From Rickettsiales bacterium (GTDB lineage: Bacteria > Pseudomonadota > Alphaproteobacteria > Rickettsiales > JABIRX01): 64,000 nucleotides of DNA. Below, piece after piece: positions 9,331-19,180 of the stretch; position 1 is the first letter of the stretch, and the number at the start of each line of letters is the position of its first letter. Position numbers and translations under genes: made by a program. The notes below the pieces were generated by a model. That model did not search any database and was not told the DNA's origin. It saw nothing but the letters and a program-made list of their open reading frames with translations. The DNA is taken from contig JAWUXM010000016.1 of the NCBI GenBank assembly GCA_034111325.1, forward strand, positions 29,214-93,213, given 5' to 3'.

Positions 9331-10746
9331 ATGACTATAATTAAAATAAAAGATTGCCCTCCTAAAGGTTGTGATGTTGAAGAATTAATGATTACTTCCT
9401 ACGGCTCGCACGATTTTAGCAAACCAATACCAAAATACAAAATTCCTGATGATGGTATGCAAGCTCGTCATGCCAAGAACCTTGTACATGACATGCTAAT
9501 GTTAGACGGCAATAGCCGTCTTAATTTAGCAACTTTTGTAACTACCTTCATGGAGCCAGAAGCGAGAGAGCTAATGGCAGAGACGCTGGATAAAAACATG
9601 ATTGATAAGGATGAATATCCTCAAACCGCAGAAATGGAAATGCGCTGCGTCAATATGATAGCACGCTTGTGGAATTGCCCAGAATCACAAAACACCATCG
9701 GTTGCTCTACAACTGGCTCTAGCGAAGCATGTATGTTAGGAGGCATGGCAATGAAATGGCATTGGCGAGATAGAATGCGTGCTAAAGGCAAAGCAACGGA
9801 CAAGCCAAATTTGGTCATGGGTATCAATGTACAAGTGTGCTGGGATAAATTTTGTCGCTATTGGGATATAGAAATGCGCCAAGCGCCAATGTTGACCGGT
9901 AAATATGTTTTAACAGCCGAAGAAGCCGTGAACCTTTGCGACGAAAATACTATCGGAATAGTCGGAATTCTCGGCACAACCTTCACTGGCGAATATGAAG
10001 ACATAGAGGCGATAAATGACGCAGTTGATAAATTAAATAAAAAAACTGGTTGGGAGATTCCTATTCATGTTGATGCGGCAAGCGGGGGCTTTGTTGCACC
10101 TTTTCTTGAACCAAAACTTAAATGGGATTTTCGTCTCAAATGGGTAAAATCAATTAACGCCTCAGGTCATAAATATGGCTTGGTCTACCCCGGAGTAGGT
10201 TGGGCTGTATGGCGTGACAAAGAGGAATTACCAAAAGATTTAATATTTTATGTAAATTATCTTGGTGGCGAAATGCCAACTTTTGCTATTAATTTTTCTC
10301 GCCCAGGCAGTCAGATTATTTTACAATATTACAATTTCCTGCGCTTAGGGTTTGAGGGTTACCGACGTGTCCTTCAGAATTGTCGTGATGTCGCTTTGCA
10401 TCTATCATCATCAATCAGCAAAATGGAGGTTTTTGAACTTGTCTCAAATGGATCAGATATTCCAGCATTTTGCTGGAAATTAAAAACTCCGATGAATTTT
10501 ACTTTATTCGACTTATCCGAACATTTACGTTACAATGGCTGGCAGATTCCAGCATATACCTTACCCGAAAATGTCACTGATATTACGGTAATGCGTATTG
10601 TAGTAAAAGTTGGATTTACTCTAGAACTTGCTAATATGCTGCTAGATAATCTTAAAAGTGCATTACAACATTTTGCTAAACAGCCTAAAAAGAAAAAAAA
10701 GATGGCAAAACATGATATGCGAGAAAAAACCGGTTTCCATCATTAA
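9331..10746 (+). CDS. gadB: Glutamate decarboxylase (PLP-dependent, group II)
   Basis: 471 aa. PLP-lysine motif NASGHKYGLVYPGVGW, and HVDAASGGF. The C-terminal tail ends in TGFHH. Confidence 0.9.
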   Translation: MTIIKIKDCPPKGCDVEELMITSYGSHDFSKPIPKYKIPDDGMQARHAKNLVHDMLMLDGNSRLNLATFVTTFMEPEARELMAETLDKNMIDKDEYPQTAEMEMRCVNMIARLWNCPESQNTIGCSTTGSSEACMLGGMAMKWHWRDRMRAKGKATDKPNLVMGINVQVCWDKFCRYWDIEMRQAPMLTGKYVLTAEEAVNLCDENTIGIVGILGTTFTGEYEDIEAINDAVDKLNKKTGWEIPIHVDAASGGFVAPFLEPKLKWDFRLKWVKSINASGHKYGLVYPGVGWAVWRDKEELPKDLIFYVNYLGGEMPTFAINFSRPGSQIILQYYNFLRLGFEGYRRVLQNCRDVALHLSSSISKMEVFELVSNGSDIPAFCWKLKTPMNFTLFDLSEHLRYNGWQIPAYTLPENVTDITVMRIVVKVGFTLELANMLLDNLKSALQHFAKQPKKKKKMAKHDMREKTGFHH

Positions 10747-10769
10747 GGGAGTGCCACAAAAACCATTAA

Positions 10770-11151
10770 TTATTTAACTTTAAGCCACTTTAAGGCTTTA
10801 GCTTGCTCACCTTTCTTGAAGATCCTCACCTCAGGATGAAGAAAGGTTTTTTCCATAGTCGCTAGCCACTCCTGCCAAGCATGAGCTGTTATCAACAGCT
10901 AATTTCTTAATTTTAATATGGTGCACCTTAACAAAACCAAAATGTTGCTCAGCCGATTTCAAATCCTCCCAACCGACAAATTTTGATGCATCAACCACAA
11001 CCCTAACCGCACCATACTTTTCAATTAGTTGATCGACCTTAATTGTTAGCTTCTTAAAATCCGCGCTCAGAAATTGCACGAAGCTACATCCTAATCTTAC
11101 TACTGCCTGCGGCTTGTGGCAAAAACCGTGCTTTTTTTCAAAAACATGCAT
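10770..11151 (-). pseudogene. STAS/SpoIIAA-like (DUF3478-type) gene with an apparent 1-nt frameshift near 10885-10893
   Basis: The track ORF 10831-11151 ends ..KKLAVDNSSCLAGVASDYGKNLSSS. The adjacent frame continues AHAWQEWLATMEKTFLHPEVRIFKKGEQAKALKWLKVK* (stop at 10770-10772). That matches the family C-terminus as I recall it (W.EW....F...E.R.F.....A..WL). Confidence 0.6.
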
Positions 11152-11223
11152 TTAAAGATGAAGGTCGGTCTTAGTTACATTATTTAGTCAAAGTTAGTAA
11201 AGTCACACGGTTAGAATTCTATA

Positions 11224-12906
11224 CTAGAACAATTCAGCCATTTTCTCGAAGAACCGGCCCTTCAACTCATCTGAAGAATTAAGAGTTAGCGAGTTTGCAT
11301 AAAGTTTGTCAACATTATGACCAATGCCAAGTGCTAATAACTCAATATTGGTTTTGCTTTGCAAATGATGAATTACCGCTTTGAGATGGTCGTCCAAGTA
11401 ACTTGCAGAATTATTTGATAATGTCGCATCATCAACTGGCGCACCGTCTGAAAGAATAATCAAAATTTTGCGTTTTTCTGGCTGCCTACGTAAACGATGT
11501 GCTGCCCAAAGCAAAGCCTCACCATCAATATTTTCTTTCAAAACACCCTCCTTCGCCATTAGCGCTAAATTTCTTTTGGCAGAGCGCCAGCCATTATCAA
11601 AAGCTTTATAAATAATATGGCGAATATCATTAAGCCTGCCGGGTTTATCTGGAGAACCATTTTTCTGCCAAAGCTCACGGCTTTTACCACCATGCCAAGT
11701 TTTTGTTGTAAAACCCAACACTTCATTTTTTACGCCGCATTGCTCCAATATATTAGAGAGAAGCGCCGTGGTGTGTATAATGGTATTTATGGGTTTACCA
11801 TTCATTGAGCCTGAATTATCAAGCAGAATAGTAACGCAACTATCGTGCGCCTTATCTTGACTGATATGTTTATAGAGTAATTTATAATTGGGGTTAGCGA
11901 TCAGAAGCGGCAATTTTCGACTATCAATCATACCATCTTCCAGATGATGTTTTTCATGATTATATTTTTGCGCCGCTAATTTACGGCGAAATAAACTTAC
12001 CTTGCGTTTATCAACCTCACCAATTGCTTTCATTTTCTCTTTTATCTCCGCCCAAAGATTACTTAATTCGTTAAAATTAGTTAGCTTTGCCGCTTTAACT
12101 ATCTCATCAAACTCATTGCTATAGGATTTATAAGCGACAAACTCCTTACTATTTATCGCCTCACCAGATCCAGAAATTTGTCCTTTCCCACCATATTGCT
12201 TTTGCTTCGTTGTTTGCTCAGCATTTTGCGTTGGTTCTTCCTGTTTTCCATCAGTTTGGCTAAGAAGTTTTTGCGTTTTAGCTTCTAACTCCGCCCGCAC
12301 CTCTTCCTTATTCTTCTCAGATTGGCTAGTTGTAACTTTAAGATTTTCCAATTGGCTTTCAGTCGGCTTATTAATTGAAGTTTTGCCCTCAACCAAAAAC
12401 TTATCAATCAGTAAATTCACTTTTTTACTATAGGCAATTTGATCATTTATGAGCGCAAAAGTTCCAGCAAATTTAAATTTACTGTCCTGTCTATTAAGCA
12501 AAAAATCACGTGCCAGATTTGGCAAGCTAAGTTTTTCATCTTGCCAAATTGCCAAATCACTACGCAACTTTACTTCTATATTTTGTTTAACACCCTGCAA
12601 CGACTCCAGCCCTAACGCTACTAAACGCAATAATGCAAATTCATCAAATATAGATTTTTTCTTAGCTGCCTCTGGTTCTAACTCAGCATGAATTTCCACA
12701 TCATGAAAACGTAGCGCCAATGCGGCAAGATCAGCCACAGCACGCAACTCAGAAAATTCACAATCCGCTGGTAGAACCACGCTATCGGCAAAATTATTGA
12801 TGTGTAGTTGGTAATTATCACGATAGGAAATGTCAATTTCCTGCCGCCCGCTCAACGCAACTATACAGCCCTTAATCGCTTGTTTTTGAGTTTCAGTGAT
12901 ATTCAT
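11224..12906 (-). CDS. cobT: CobT-like protein (N-terminal CobT domain plus C-terminal VWA domain)
   Basis: 560 aa. VWA MIDAS motif ILLDNSGSMNG. It pairs with the AAA+ cobS gene 283 nt downstream on the same strand. Confidence 0.85.
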   Translation of the reverse strand: MNITETQKQAIKGCIVALSGRQEIDISYRDNYQLHINNFADSVVLPADCEFSELRAVADLAALALRFHDVEIHAELEPEAAKKKSIFDEFALLRLVALGLESLQGVKQNIEVKLRSDLAIWQDEKLSLPNLARDFLLNRQDSKFKFAGTFALINDQIAYSKKVNLLIDKFLVEGKTSINKPTESQLENLKVTTSQSEKNKEEVRAELEAKTQKLLSQTDGKQEEPTQNAEQTTKQKQYGGKGQISGSGEAINSKEFVAYKSYSNEFDEIVKAAKLTNFNELSNLWAEIKEKMKAIGEVDKRKVSLFRRKLAAQKYNHEKHHLEDGMIDSRKLPLLIANPNYKLLYKHISQDKAHDSCVTILLDNSGSMNGKPINTIIHTTALLSNILEQCGVKNEVLGFTTKTWHGGKSRELWQKNGSPDKPGRLNDIRHIIYKAFDNGWRSAKRNLALMAKEGVLKENIDGEALLWAAHRLRRQPEKRKILIILSDGAPVDDATLSNNSASYLDDHLKAVIHHLQSKTNIELLALGIGHNVDKLYANSLTLNSSDELKGRFFEKMAELF

Positions 12907-12940
12907 GACTTATGATAAATTTAAAGCACTTTCCCAAAGG

Positions 12941-13085
12941 GGTCATCCTGAACTTGTTTCAGGATCTGCATAATTAGCAAGATAGTAAAGGCAAGGACTT
13001 TTCACTCAAGCCATATCCTAATATAAAAACTAAACTGCTGCACTATTGGTTACTCAGCAGATCCTGAAACAAGTTCAGGATGACC
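12941..13085. repeat. Family-C MITE-like element copy C1 (about 145 bp with about 29-bp terminal inverted repeats)
   Basis: ggtcatcctgaacttgtttcaggatctgc ... gcagatcctgaaacaagttcaggatgacc. It lies between cobT and cobS. A second full copy is at 33492-33639. Confidence 0.85.
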
Positions 13086-13189
13086 TCTTTTACGCCGCAA
13101 AATCTTTCCTAAATAGCAATGCCTAATAATGCTCTTATCAAATCCCATAATCAAATTATTTAACAAAAAGGGCGCAAAAGACCCAGATT

Positions 13190-14122
13190 TTATAATTCTT
13201 CTCCAAAAACTCGTTGATACATCTCCGCAATAATTTCTCTTTCACCAAAATCACAACGATTGAAAAACGCATATTTAAAGCTTTCCGCAATTGAACCAAA
13301 AATCTTCATATTAGCTGCCCAACTTAATACTGTCCTTACTGACATTAAAGTAGAGATCTCGCCTGCTTTAAAGGCTTGCCGAGTTAAGTTTGCCATAGCA
13401 ACAAACTCTTTTATTTCCTGTGCTTTTAAGATCTTGCCAAATTTTGCCTTAATAATCTTCTCTTCATTAGCTTGCGAAAGATAATCAAGATTCGCCACAA
13501 TATCCCATCTATCAAGCTGCCCTTGATTGATCAACGACGTGCCATGATATATTCCGCTATCATCACCTAGACCAACTGTGTTTGCTGTTGCAAAAATACG
13601 GAAATCAACATGCGGTGTAATTACTTCATTTTTATCAAGCAGGTTGAATTTACCATTTTGCTCAAGCAAACGCTGAATAATAAACATTACATCTGGACGC
13701 CCTGCATCATATTCATCAAGCACTAGAGCAACAGGGCGGCGAACAGCAAAAGGCACAACCCCTTCTTGAAATTCGGTTACTTGCTTGCCATCACGCAAAT
13801 TTATAACGTCACGCCCGATCAAATCCATCCTTGTGATATTACCATCTAAATTTACACGAATACATTGCCAGTTTAGACGTGCGGCGATTTGCTCAATATG
13901 AGTTGATTTACCCGTACCGTGATAGCCTTGTAGCAAAACACGTTTGTTAAATTTAAAACCGGCGAGAATCGCCTTTGTTGTATTTTCATCAAAAACATAA
14001 TTTTTATCAATATCCGGCACTAATTCACTAGGCTCATTAAAGATTTCTAGCTCAAAATCTTGACTGAGGTGAAATAGTTTTTTAACATTGGCTGGAGCTT
14101 TAGTTTTTATAGCTTGAGACAT
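13190..14122 (-). CDS. cobS: CobS-like AAA+ (MoxR-type) ATPase
   Basis: Walker A GYHGTGKSTH, Walker B LVLDEYD; 310 aa. Confidence 0.88.
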   Translation of the reverse strand: MSQAIKTKAPANVKKLFHLSQDFELEIFNEPSELVPDIDKNYVFDENTTKAILAGFKFNKRVLLQGYHGTGKSTHIEQIAARLNWQCIRVNLDGNITRMDLIGRDVINLRDGKQVTEFQEGVVPFAVRRPVALVLDEYDAGRPDVMFIIQRLLEQNGKFNLLDKNEVITPHVDFRIFATANTVGLGDDSGIYHGTSLINQGQLDRWDIVANLDYLSQANEEKIIKAKFGKILKAQEIKEFVAMANLTRQAFKAGEISTLMSVRTVLSWAANMKIFGSIAESFKYAFFNRCDFGEREIIAEMYQRVFGEEL

Positions 14123-14216
14123 AGTTTAAGCGACTTATATTTAGTTGTTGATAAAATAGATAAAGATCTCTAGTTTTGGCTCTTAAAGTAAAGATAATAT
14201 AGAATTAGTCACCAAT

Positions 14217-15341
14217 ATGCAACTCTCAATCGATAGAAACACCCTCCTAAAATCACTTACCCATATTCAAGGCGTAGTTGAAAGACGCAATACCATCCCT
14301 ATTCTTTCCAATGTCAAACTAGAAGCGAAAGCAAACAAATTATCCCTCACTGCGACTGATATGGATTTAGCGATTTCTGAAGATATCACAGCTGATGTTC
14401 AAACAGAAGGGACAACAACAGTTCCTGCTCATACTTTGCACGATATCATCCGTAAATTACAAGAAGGCGAAAAGATCGAGATTTCTTTAAAAAATGAGAA
14501 ACTACTTATCAAAGCCAAAGCCTGTAAGTTTTCTCTACCATGCTTGTCCGCTGAACAGTTCCCAACTATTAGCGCTGATGATAGCTCACATAATTTCAAC
14601 ATCACTATTGCTGATTTACTTAAATTAATCGACAAAGCTAAATTTGCGATCTCAACTGAAGAAACTCGCTATTACCTTAACGGGATATTCTTACATCATG
14701 CTAAAAACCAAGATGAGAAGGATGTATTACGCGCTGTTGCAACAGATGGTCATCGCTTAGCAAGAGTTGAAGTTGCCTTACCTGAAGGCGCAAAAGATAT
14801 ACCTTCAGTCATCATCCCGCGTAAAGCAATTATGGAGATCAAGAAAATCCTTGATGAGGAAGATAAGACCAAAACTGTCACTGTTGCATTATCTGACACT
14901 AAAATCAAAATCACTGGCAGCTCAGTGGTCCTAGTTTCAAAGCTAATCGACGGCACATTCCCTGATTATGAAAAAGTTATTCCAAGTGCTAATAACATAA
15001 TTATGGGCACTAAAGTAAAGCCTCTATGCGCAGCGATTGATCGTGTTTCAACTATCGCATCTGATAAAACACGTGGAGTAAAAATCCTACTAAGCAATAA
15101 TAAACTAACCCTATCAGCTAACAATGTTGATATTGGTGATGCACAAGAAGAGTTAGATGTTAAATTCGATGCAGCGAATGATATTGAGACTGGCTTCAAT
15201 TCAAAATATTTACTAGAAATGGCTTCCGTGCTGGAAGGTGAAGATGCTGAATTTTTCTTTTCAGATTCCATGTCACCGACGATTGTAAAGGATTCGGCTG
15301 ACTTGTCTTCCTTGTACGTAATAATGCCTATGCGCATCTAA
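14217..15341 (+). CDS. dnaN: DNA polymerase III beta sliding clamp
   Basis: 374 aa. N-terminus MQLSIDRNTLLKSLTHIQGVVERRNTIPILSNVKLEA. C-terminus ends ..YVIMPMRI. Confidence 0.95.
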   Translation: MQLSIDRNTLLKSLTHIQGVVERRNTIPILSNVKLEAKANKLSLTATDMDLAISEDITADVQTEGTTTVPAHTLHDIIRKLQEGEKIEISLKNEKLLIKAKACKFSLPCLSAEQFPTISADDSSHNFNITIADLLKLIDKAKFAISTEETRYYLNGIFLHHAKNQDEKDVLRAVATDGHRLARVEVALPEGAKDIPSVIIPRKAIMEIKKILDEEDKTKTVTVALSDTKIKITGSSVVLVSKLIDGTFPDYEKVIPSANNIIMGTKVKPLCAAIDRVSTIASDKTRGVKILLSNNKLTLSANNVDIGDAQEELDVKFDAANDIETGFNSKYLLEMASVLEGEDAEFFFSDSMSPTIVKDSADLSSLYVIMPMRI

Positions 15342-15475
15342 AAACTAATCCTTTTGGGTGCTTTTTAGTGAATAACCTTTGTTCAATCGACTCGTGTATG
15401 AAGTATACACGTCGCTCTCTCGCAAAGAACATTCACTAAAAATCCCTCCAAAAAATTTAGTCTTCAACATCGCGC
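15342..15475. repeat. Family-B repeat copy B5 (inverted orientation), starting directly after the dnaN stop
   Basis: Reverse complement matches B copies: ..ccttttgggtgcttttt..., hairpin cgtgtatgaagtatacacg, ...aaaaatccctcc. Confidence 0.75.
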
Positions 15476-15566
15476 AGTGGGTTAGAGAAAAATTAGAAAC
15501 TCCTCAGATTTTTAATCACGCGTTGGGAAATATTATCTCAAAATCTCTTAGGTTGCACTTGGCAAA

Positions 15567-16673
15567 ATGACTTCAAAAACAACAATACAAAAACTATCTT
15601 TACATAATTTTCGTAATTTTGAGAAAAGGAATTTTGCCTTCGAAGCCCAGCAAGTTGTTATTGCTGGGAAAAATGGCATAGGTAAAACAAATATATTAGA
15701 GGCAATTTCCCTACTCGCACCGGGGCGTGGCTTGCGTAACGCCAAGTTAGACGATATTGAAACCCTAAAAAACCCTGATAAAGGCTGGTCTGTACAAGCA
15801 AAGATATTAATTGATGATGTTGATTTACGCACAATTACTACACTCAAAGATGACTGTGCCCGCCGTAAAATTATTATTGATGACAAGAAAACTGCTAATC
15901 AGGCACATTTGCTCAACGTCCTAAATGTAGTCTGGCTCACACCATTAATGGATATGATTTTTGTTGGTAGCGCTTCAGATCGTCGCCATTTTTTTGATAA
16001 TATAGTAGCTAATCTCTACCCTGATCACATCAAGGATTTAGCACGTTATCATCACTATATTAAAGAAAGGTTGAAAATTTTGCTGCAATCACCAAATCAA
16101 GATAGTTGGATTTTAGCGGTAGAAAATAAAATCGTCGAATTAATCAGTTCAATTGCTCATGCACGAGTTGAAGTTTTGGGTCATTTAAACAATGCAATAT
16201 CAGAGCTGCATGAAACATTCCCAAAGGCACAACTCACTATCGAAGGCAAGTATGAAAATATGGTTGCAGCAGGAAAATCCGCTCTCGAGATAGAAAAAAT
16301 AATTGCTAGTGATTTCGCAACCAACCGCCAACAAGATTTTGCGACAGGACGTACAAATATTGGCACACACAAAAGCGACTTAGTTTCTTTTTATAAAAAA
16401 CGTAATATTTTAGCCAAGATCTGCTCAACCGGCGAACAAAAATCCATGTTAATTTCGATCATTCTCGGCAAAGCAAGGATGATTTATACTTGGACAAACA
16501 AGCCCCCGATAATTCTTTTAGATGAAATAAACAGCCATTTAGATGAATATAATCGTGATAAATTACTACAGGAAATTCATGATATGGGTAGCCAATGTTT
16601 TATGACCGGCACTGATGCAAACTCGTTCTCAACTCTCAAAAACGATGCTGAATTCATTGATGTTACGACATAA
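15567..16673 (+). CDS. recF: DNA replication/repair protein RecF
   Basis: LSLHNFRNF, Walker A GKNGIGKTNILEAI, and C-terminal LLDEINSHLD; 368 aa. Confidence 0.93.
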   Translation: MTSKTTIQKLSLHNFRNFEKRNFAFEAQQVVIAGKNGIGKTNILEAISLLAPGRGLRNAKLDDIETLKNPDKGWSVQAKILIDDVDLRTITTLKDDCARRKIIIDDKKTANQAHLLNVLNVVWLTPLMDMIFVGSASDRRHFFDNIVANLYPDHIKDLARYHHYIKERLKILLQSPNQDSWILAVENKIVELISSIAHARVEVLGHLNNAISELHETFPKAQLTIEGKYENMVAAGKSALEIEKIIASDFATNRQQDFATGRTNIGTHKSDLVSFYKKRNILAKICSTGEQKSMLISIILGKARMIYTWTNKPPIILLDEINSHLDEYNRDKLLQEIHDMGSQCFMTGTDANSFSTLKNDAEFIDVTT

Positions 16674-16718
16674 TAAGAGAATACTGAACTGTTTTAAAAT
16701 CTCCGCTATAGAGATATA

Positions 16719-16770
16719 TCACTCTTTCGAAGAGACCATGAAATAAATTGAGGGTGACGTATTTGGCAGA
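16719..16770. repeat. Family-C right-half fragment (C6)
   Basis: atcactctttcgaagagaccatgaaataaattgagggtgacgtatttggcag is near-identical to 54027-54078. Confidence 0.6.
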
Positions 16771-16794
16771 AACCATCCCTTTGGGATGCGCCTA

Positions 16795-17286
16795 TCATTC
16801 AAAATCACCATACTCTAACTCGCCACGTATATGTTTGGTGATTATGCCTTCTTCATTAAGAAAGAAAGTTTCTGGCACGCCAATTAAGCCAAATTTTATA
16901 TTATATTTACCCTTCTCATCAAGAGCAGTTTTAACATAAGGGCTTCCCTTCTCATTCAGCCACTTTTTGACGTTTCGTATCGTATCACGTGTTGCAACAC
17001 CATAAATTTCTATATTATTTTTTTTTGCAAAATGCAGCAAAATTGGATGTTCAAATGCACAAGCTACACACCACGAGGCAAAGATATTAACTATTACTTT
17101 TTTACCATGAAAATCTGCTTGTGATAGAGTTCCTCCATCTAATAAAGGCAATTGAAAATCAGGAAATTGCTTGCCTACCATTGGCGTTGAATCTACTTTC
17201 TGCGCACTATTAAAAGAAAATGCTAACACCACAGAAATCATACTAAAAGTAATTATTGGAACAAAATATAGGAGCTTTAATTTCAT
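16795..17286 (-). CDS. ccmG: Thiol:disulfide oxidoreductase CcmG/DsbE (TlpA-like thioredoxin)
   Basis: N-terminal anchor and thioredoxin-fold WCVAC active site. It overlaps the ccmF stop by 4 nt. Confidence 0.85.
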   Translation of the reverse strand: MKLKLLYFVPIITFSMISVVLAFSFNSAQKVDSTPMVGKQFPDFQLPLLDGGTLSQADFHGKKVIVNIFASWCVACAFEHPILLHFAKKNNIEIYGVATRDTIRNVKKWLNEKGSPYVKTALDEKGKYNIKFGLIGVPETFFLNEEGIITKHIRGELEYGDFE

Positions 17287-19145
17287 CGTTTTTTTATAAT
17301 TACACTAACAAATCCGCCAGCAACCATCAGCAAGATTCCTAGCCATAATAGGTTAACCATAGGATTGTAATAGATTCTGGTTAATATGCCATCCTTGCGC
17401 AGATCGCCAACTACCACATATAAATCTGAGAGAAATTTCACACGCATAATCGCGACTTCACTCGTTTGTTTTTGCTCGACAATATATAATCTTTTTTCTG
17501 GCTTTAGGACTTTTGCATAGACACCACGATCATAAACATCAAAACTTGCTTTACGGGTTAGATAGTTGCTCTCCTGCAGATGTTTTACTTCACGCAGATG
17601 TAACTGATAATGGGCAATATTTGCTTTATCACCAACATCCATAACTAATTGTTTTTCCTGTTTCAGAATAGAGAAAAGCGCCAATGCAATCATCGCGATC
17701 ATAAAACCACTATGCGAGATTAACATCGGATATTCCTGCGCTTTGATCTTGTGGCCGATGAAAAAATTACTAACCATAAATAAAGCAATTAATGCAATCG
17801 TCAGAATCACATAAGCTACAACATTGTAGTCTGCCTTGAGCCATAGCGACAGAGAAATAATCATACTAATTAGAACAGGCAGAAGCAGCTTCCCCGCTAT
17901 ACGCCGCCAATTATCTTTCTGCCATTTAAGAAATGGCAATGGTGACATTAACAATAAAATAATTGCTAAAAGCGGCGCTAGGCTACTATTAAAATATGGC
18001 GCACCAACAGAGATCTTTTGCTTAGTTACAACCTCTAACAAAAGCGGGTATAAAGTTCCCAGAAAAACTACAAAACAACTCGTCACTAACAATAAATTAT
18101 TCAGCAACACAAAATTCACTTTGGAGAAAAAGCTATGTGTTTTCTTCGCCTCTTTCACAACTTTATTATTAAAAGCAAATAATGTGAGCGAATATAAAAT
18201 GACCAGAATAACGAAAGCTAATATAAACACTCCCCGCTCAGGATCACTAGCAAAAGAATGCACCGAAATTACCACTCCCGAACGCACCAAGAAAAAGCCA
18301 ATCAAACAAAATATAAATGTCAAAAGCGAGAGCAATAACGTCCAATTTCTTAACTGCCCAGTTTTCTGAGTAATGATTAAGGAATGCAATAAAGCTGTGC
18401 CAAATAACCATGGCATTAATGCAGCATTCTCCACAGGATCCCAAAACCAAAAACCACCCCAACCTAACTCACGATATGCCCACCAACCGCCAAAACCAAT
18501 ACCTAACGTCAGTAGTGCCCAGCTAATTGAAATTATAGTTTTAAGATGTTTCGCCCAGTTTTTATCAAGAATTTTCAAATGCAAAACTGCAATAGCAAAG
18601 GCAAAAGCAAGCGAAAAACCAATATAGCCGCTATATAAAAGCGGCGGATGAATTACCAAGCCAATATCCTGCAATAAAGGGTTCAAACCTAAACCTTCGA
18701 GAGGAACATCTAACAGGCGCTCAAATGGATTAGAAAAGAAAATCAAAAATGCATAAAAAGCGGCTATAATTACAGACTCCGCTAAAATGACTATGCGTTT
18801 AATTTGCAGCTCTACTTTTGATAAAGAACAAAAAAGCATCAATGCCAAGGAAAAGAGAAAAATAAACAGCAATATAGAACCTTCATGATTCCCCCAACTA
18901 CCAGTAATTTTATAAACTAATGGTTTCGCCTGATGTGAATTAAGGTAGACATTAGCAAAAGAAAAGTCAGAAATTATATAAAGATATACAAGATTTATGA
19001 ATGCTACCGCTGAAAAAAAGAATATGGATAGCACAAGTGGATTCAAGCACTTGCTGACTACCTTTTCCTTTTTACTTAAAGTAATGATAATACATAATAA
19101 TGCTGAGATAAAACCCAACCATGTTGCAATGAGACCAAGTGACAT
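17283..19145 (-). CDS. ccmF: Cytochrome c-type biogenesis heme lyase subunit CcmF
   Basis: 620 aa, polytopic. WWD-type motif WGGFWFWDPVENAAL. Confidence 0.93.
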   Translation of the reverse strand: MSLGLIATWLGFISALLCIIITLSKKEKVVSKCLNPLVLSIFFFSAVAFINLVYLYIISDFSFANVYLNSHQAKPLVYKITGSWGNHEGSILLFIFLFSLALMLFCSLSKVELQIKRIVILAESVIIAAFYAFLIFFSNPFERLLDVPLEGLGLNPLLQDIGLVIHPPLLYSGYIGFSLAFAFAIAVLHLKILDKNWAKHLKTIISISWALLTLGIGFGGWWAYRELGWGGFWFWDPVENAALMPWLFGTALLHSLIITQKTGQLRNWTLLLSLLTFIFCLIGFFLVRSGVVISVHSFASDPERGVFILAFVILVILYSLTLFAFNNKVVKEAKKTHSFFSKVNFVLLNNLLLVTSCFVVFLGTLYPLLLEVVTKQKISVGAPYFNSSLAPLLAIILLLMSPLPFLKWQKDNWRRIAGKLLLPVLISMIISLSLWLKADYNVVAYVILTIALIALFMVSNFFIGHKIKAQEYPMLISHSGFMIAMIALALFSILKQEKQLVMDVGDKANIAHYQLHLREVKHLQESNYLTRKASFDVYDRGVYAKVLKPEKRLYIVEQKQTSEVAIMRVKFLSDLYVVVGDLRKDGILTRIYYNPMVNLLWLGILLMVAGGFVSVIIKKR

Positions 19146-19180
19146 TTTTATTTTACCTAATTGTTGTTTCCCTCCCCCCG

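Noticed and set aside
11224-14122. cobT/cobS as evidence of cobalamin biosynthesis.
   Set aside because: No cobN or other cob genes are in the window. AAA+/VWA CobS-CobT pairs are retained in alphaproteobacteria that lack the pathway, so only the family assignment is claimed.
15379-15570. 63-aa ORF between dnaN and recF.
   Set aside because: It lies within or adjacent to the inverted family-B repeat and has no coding signature.
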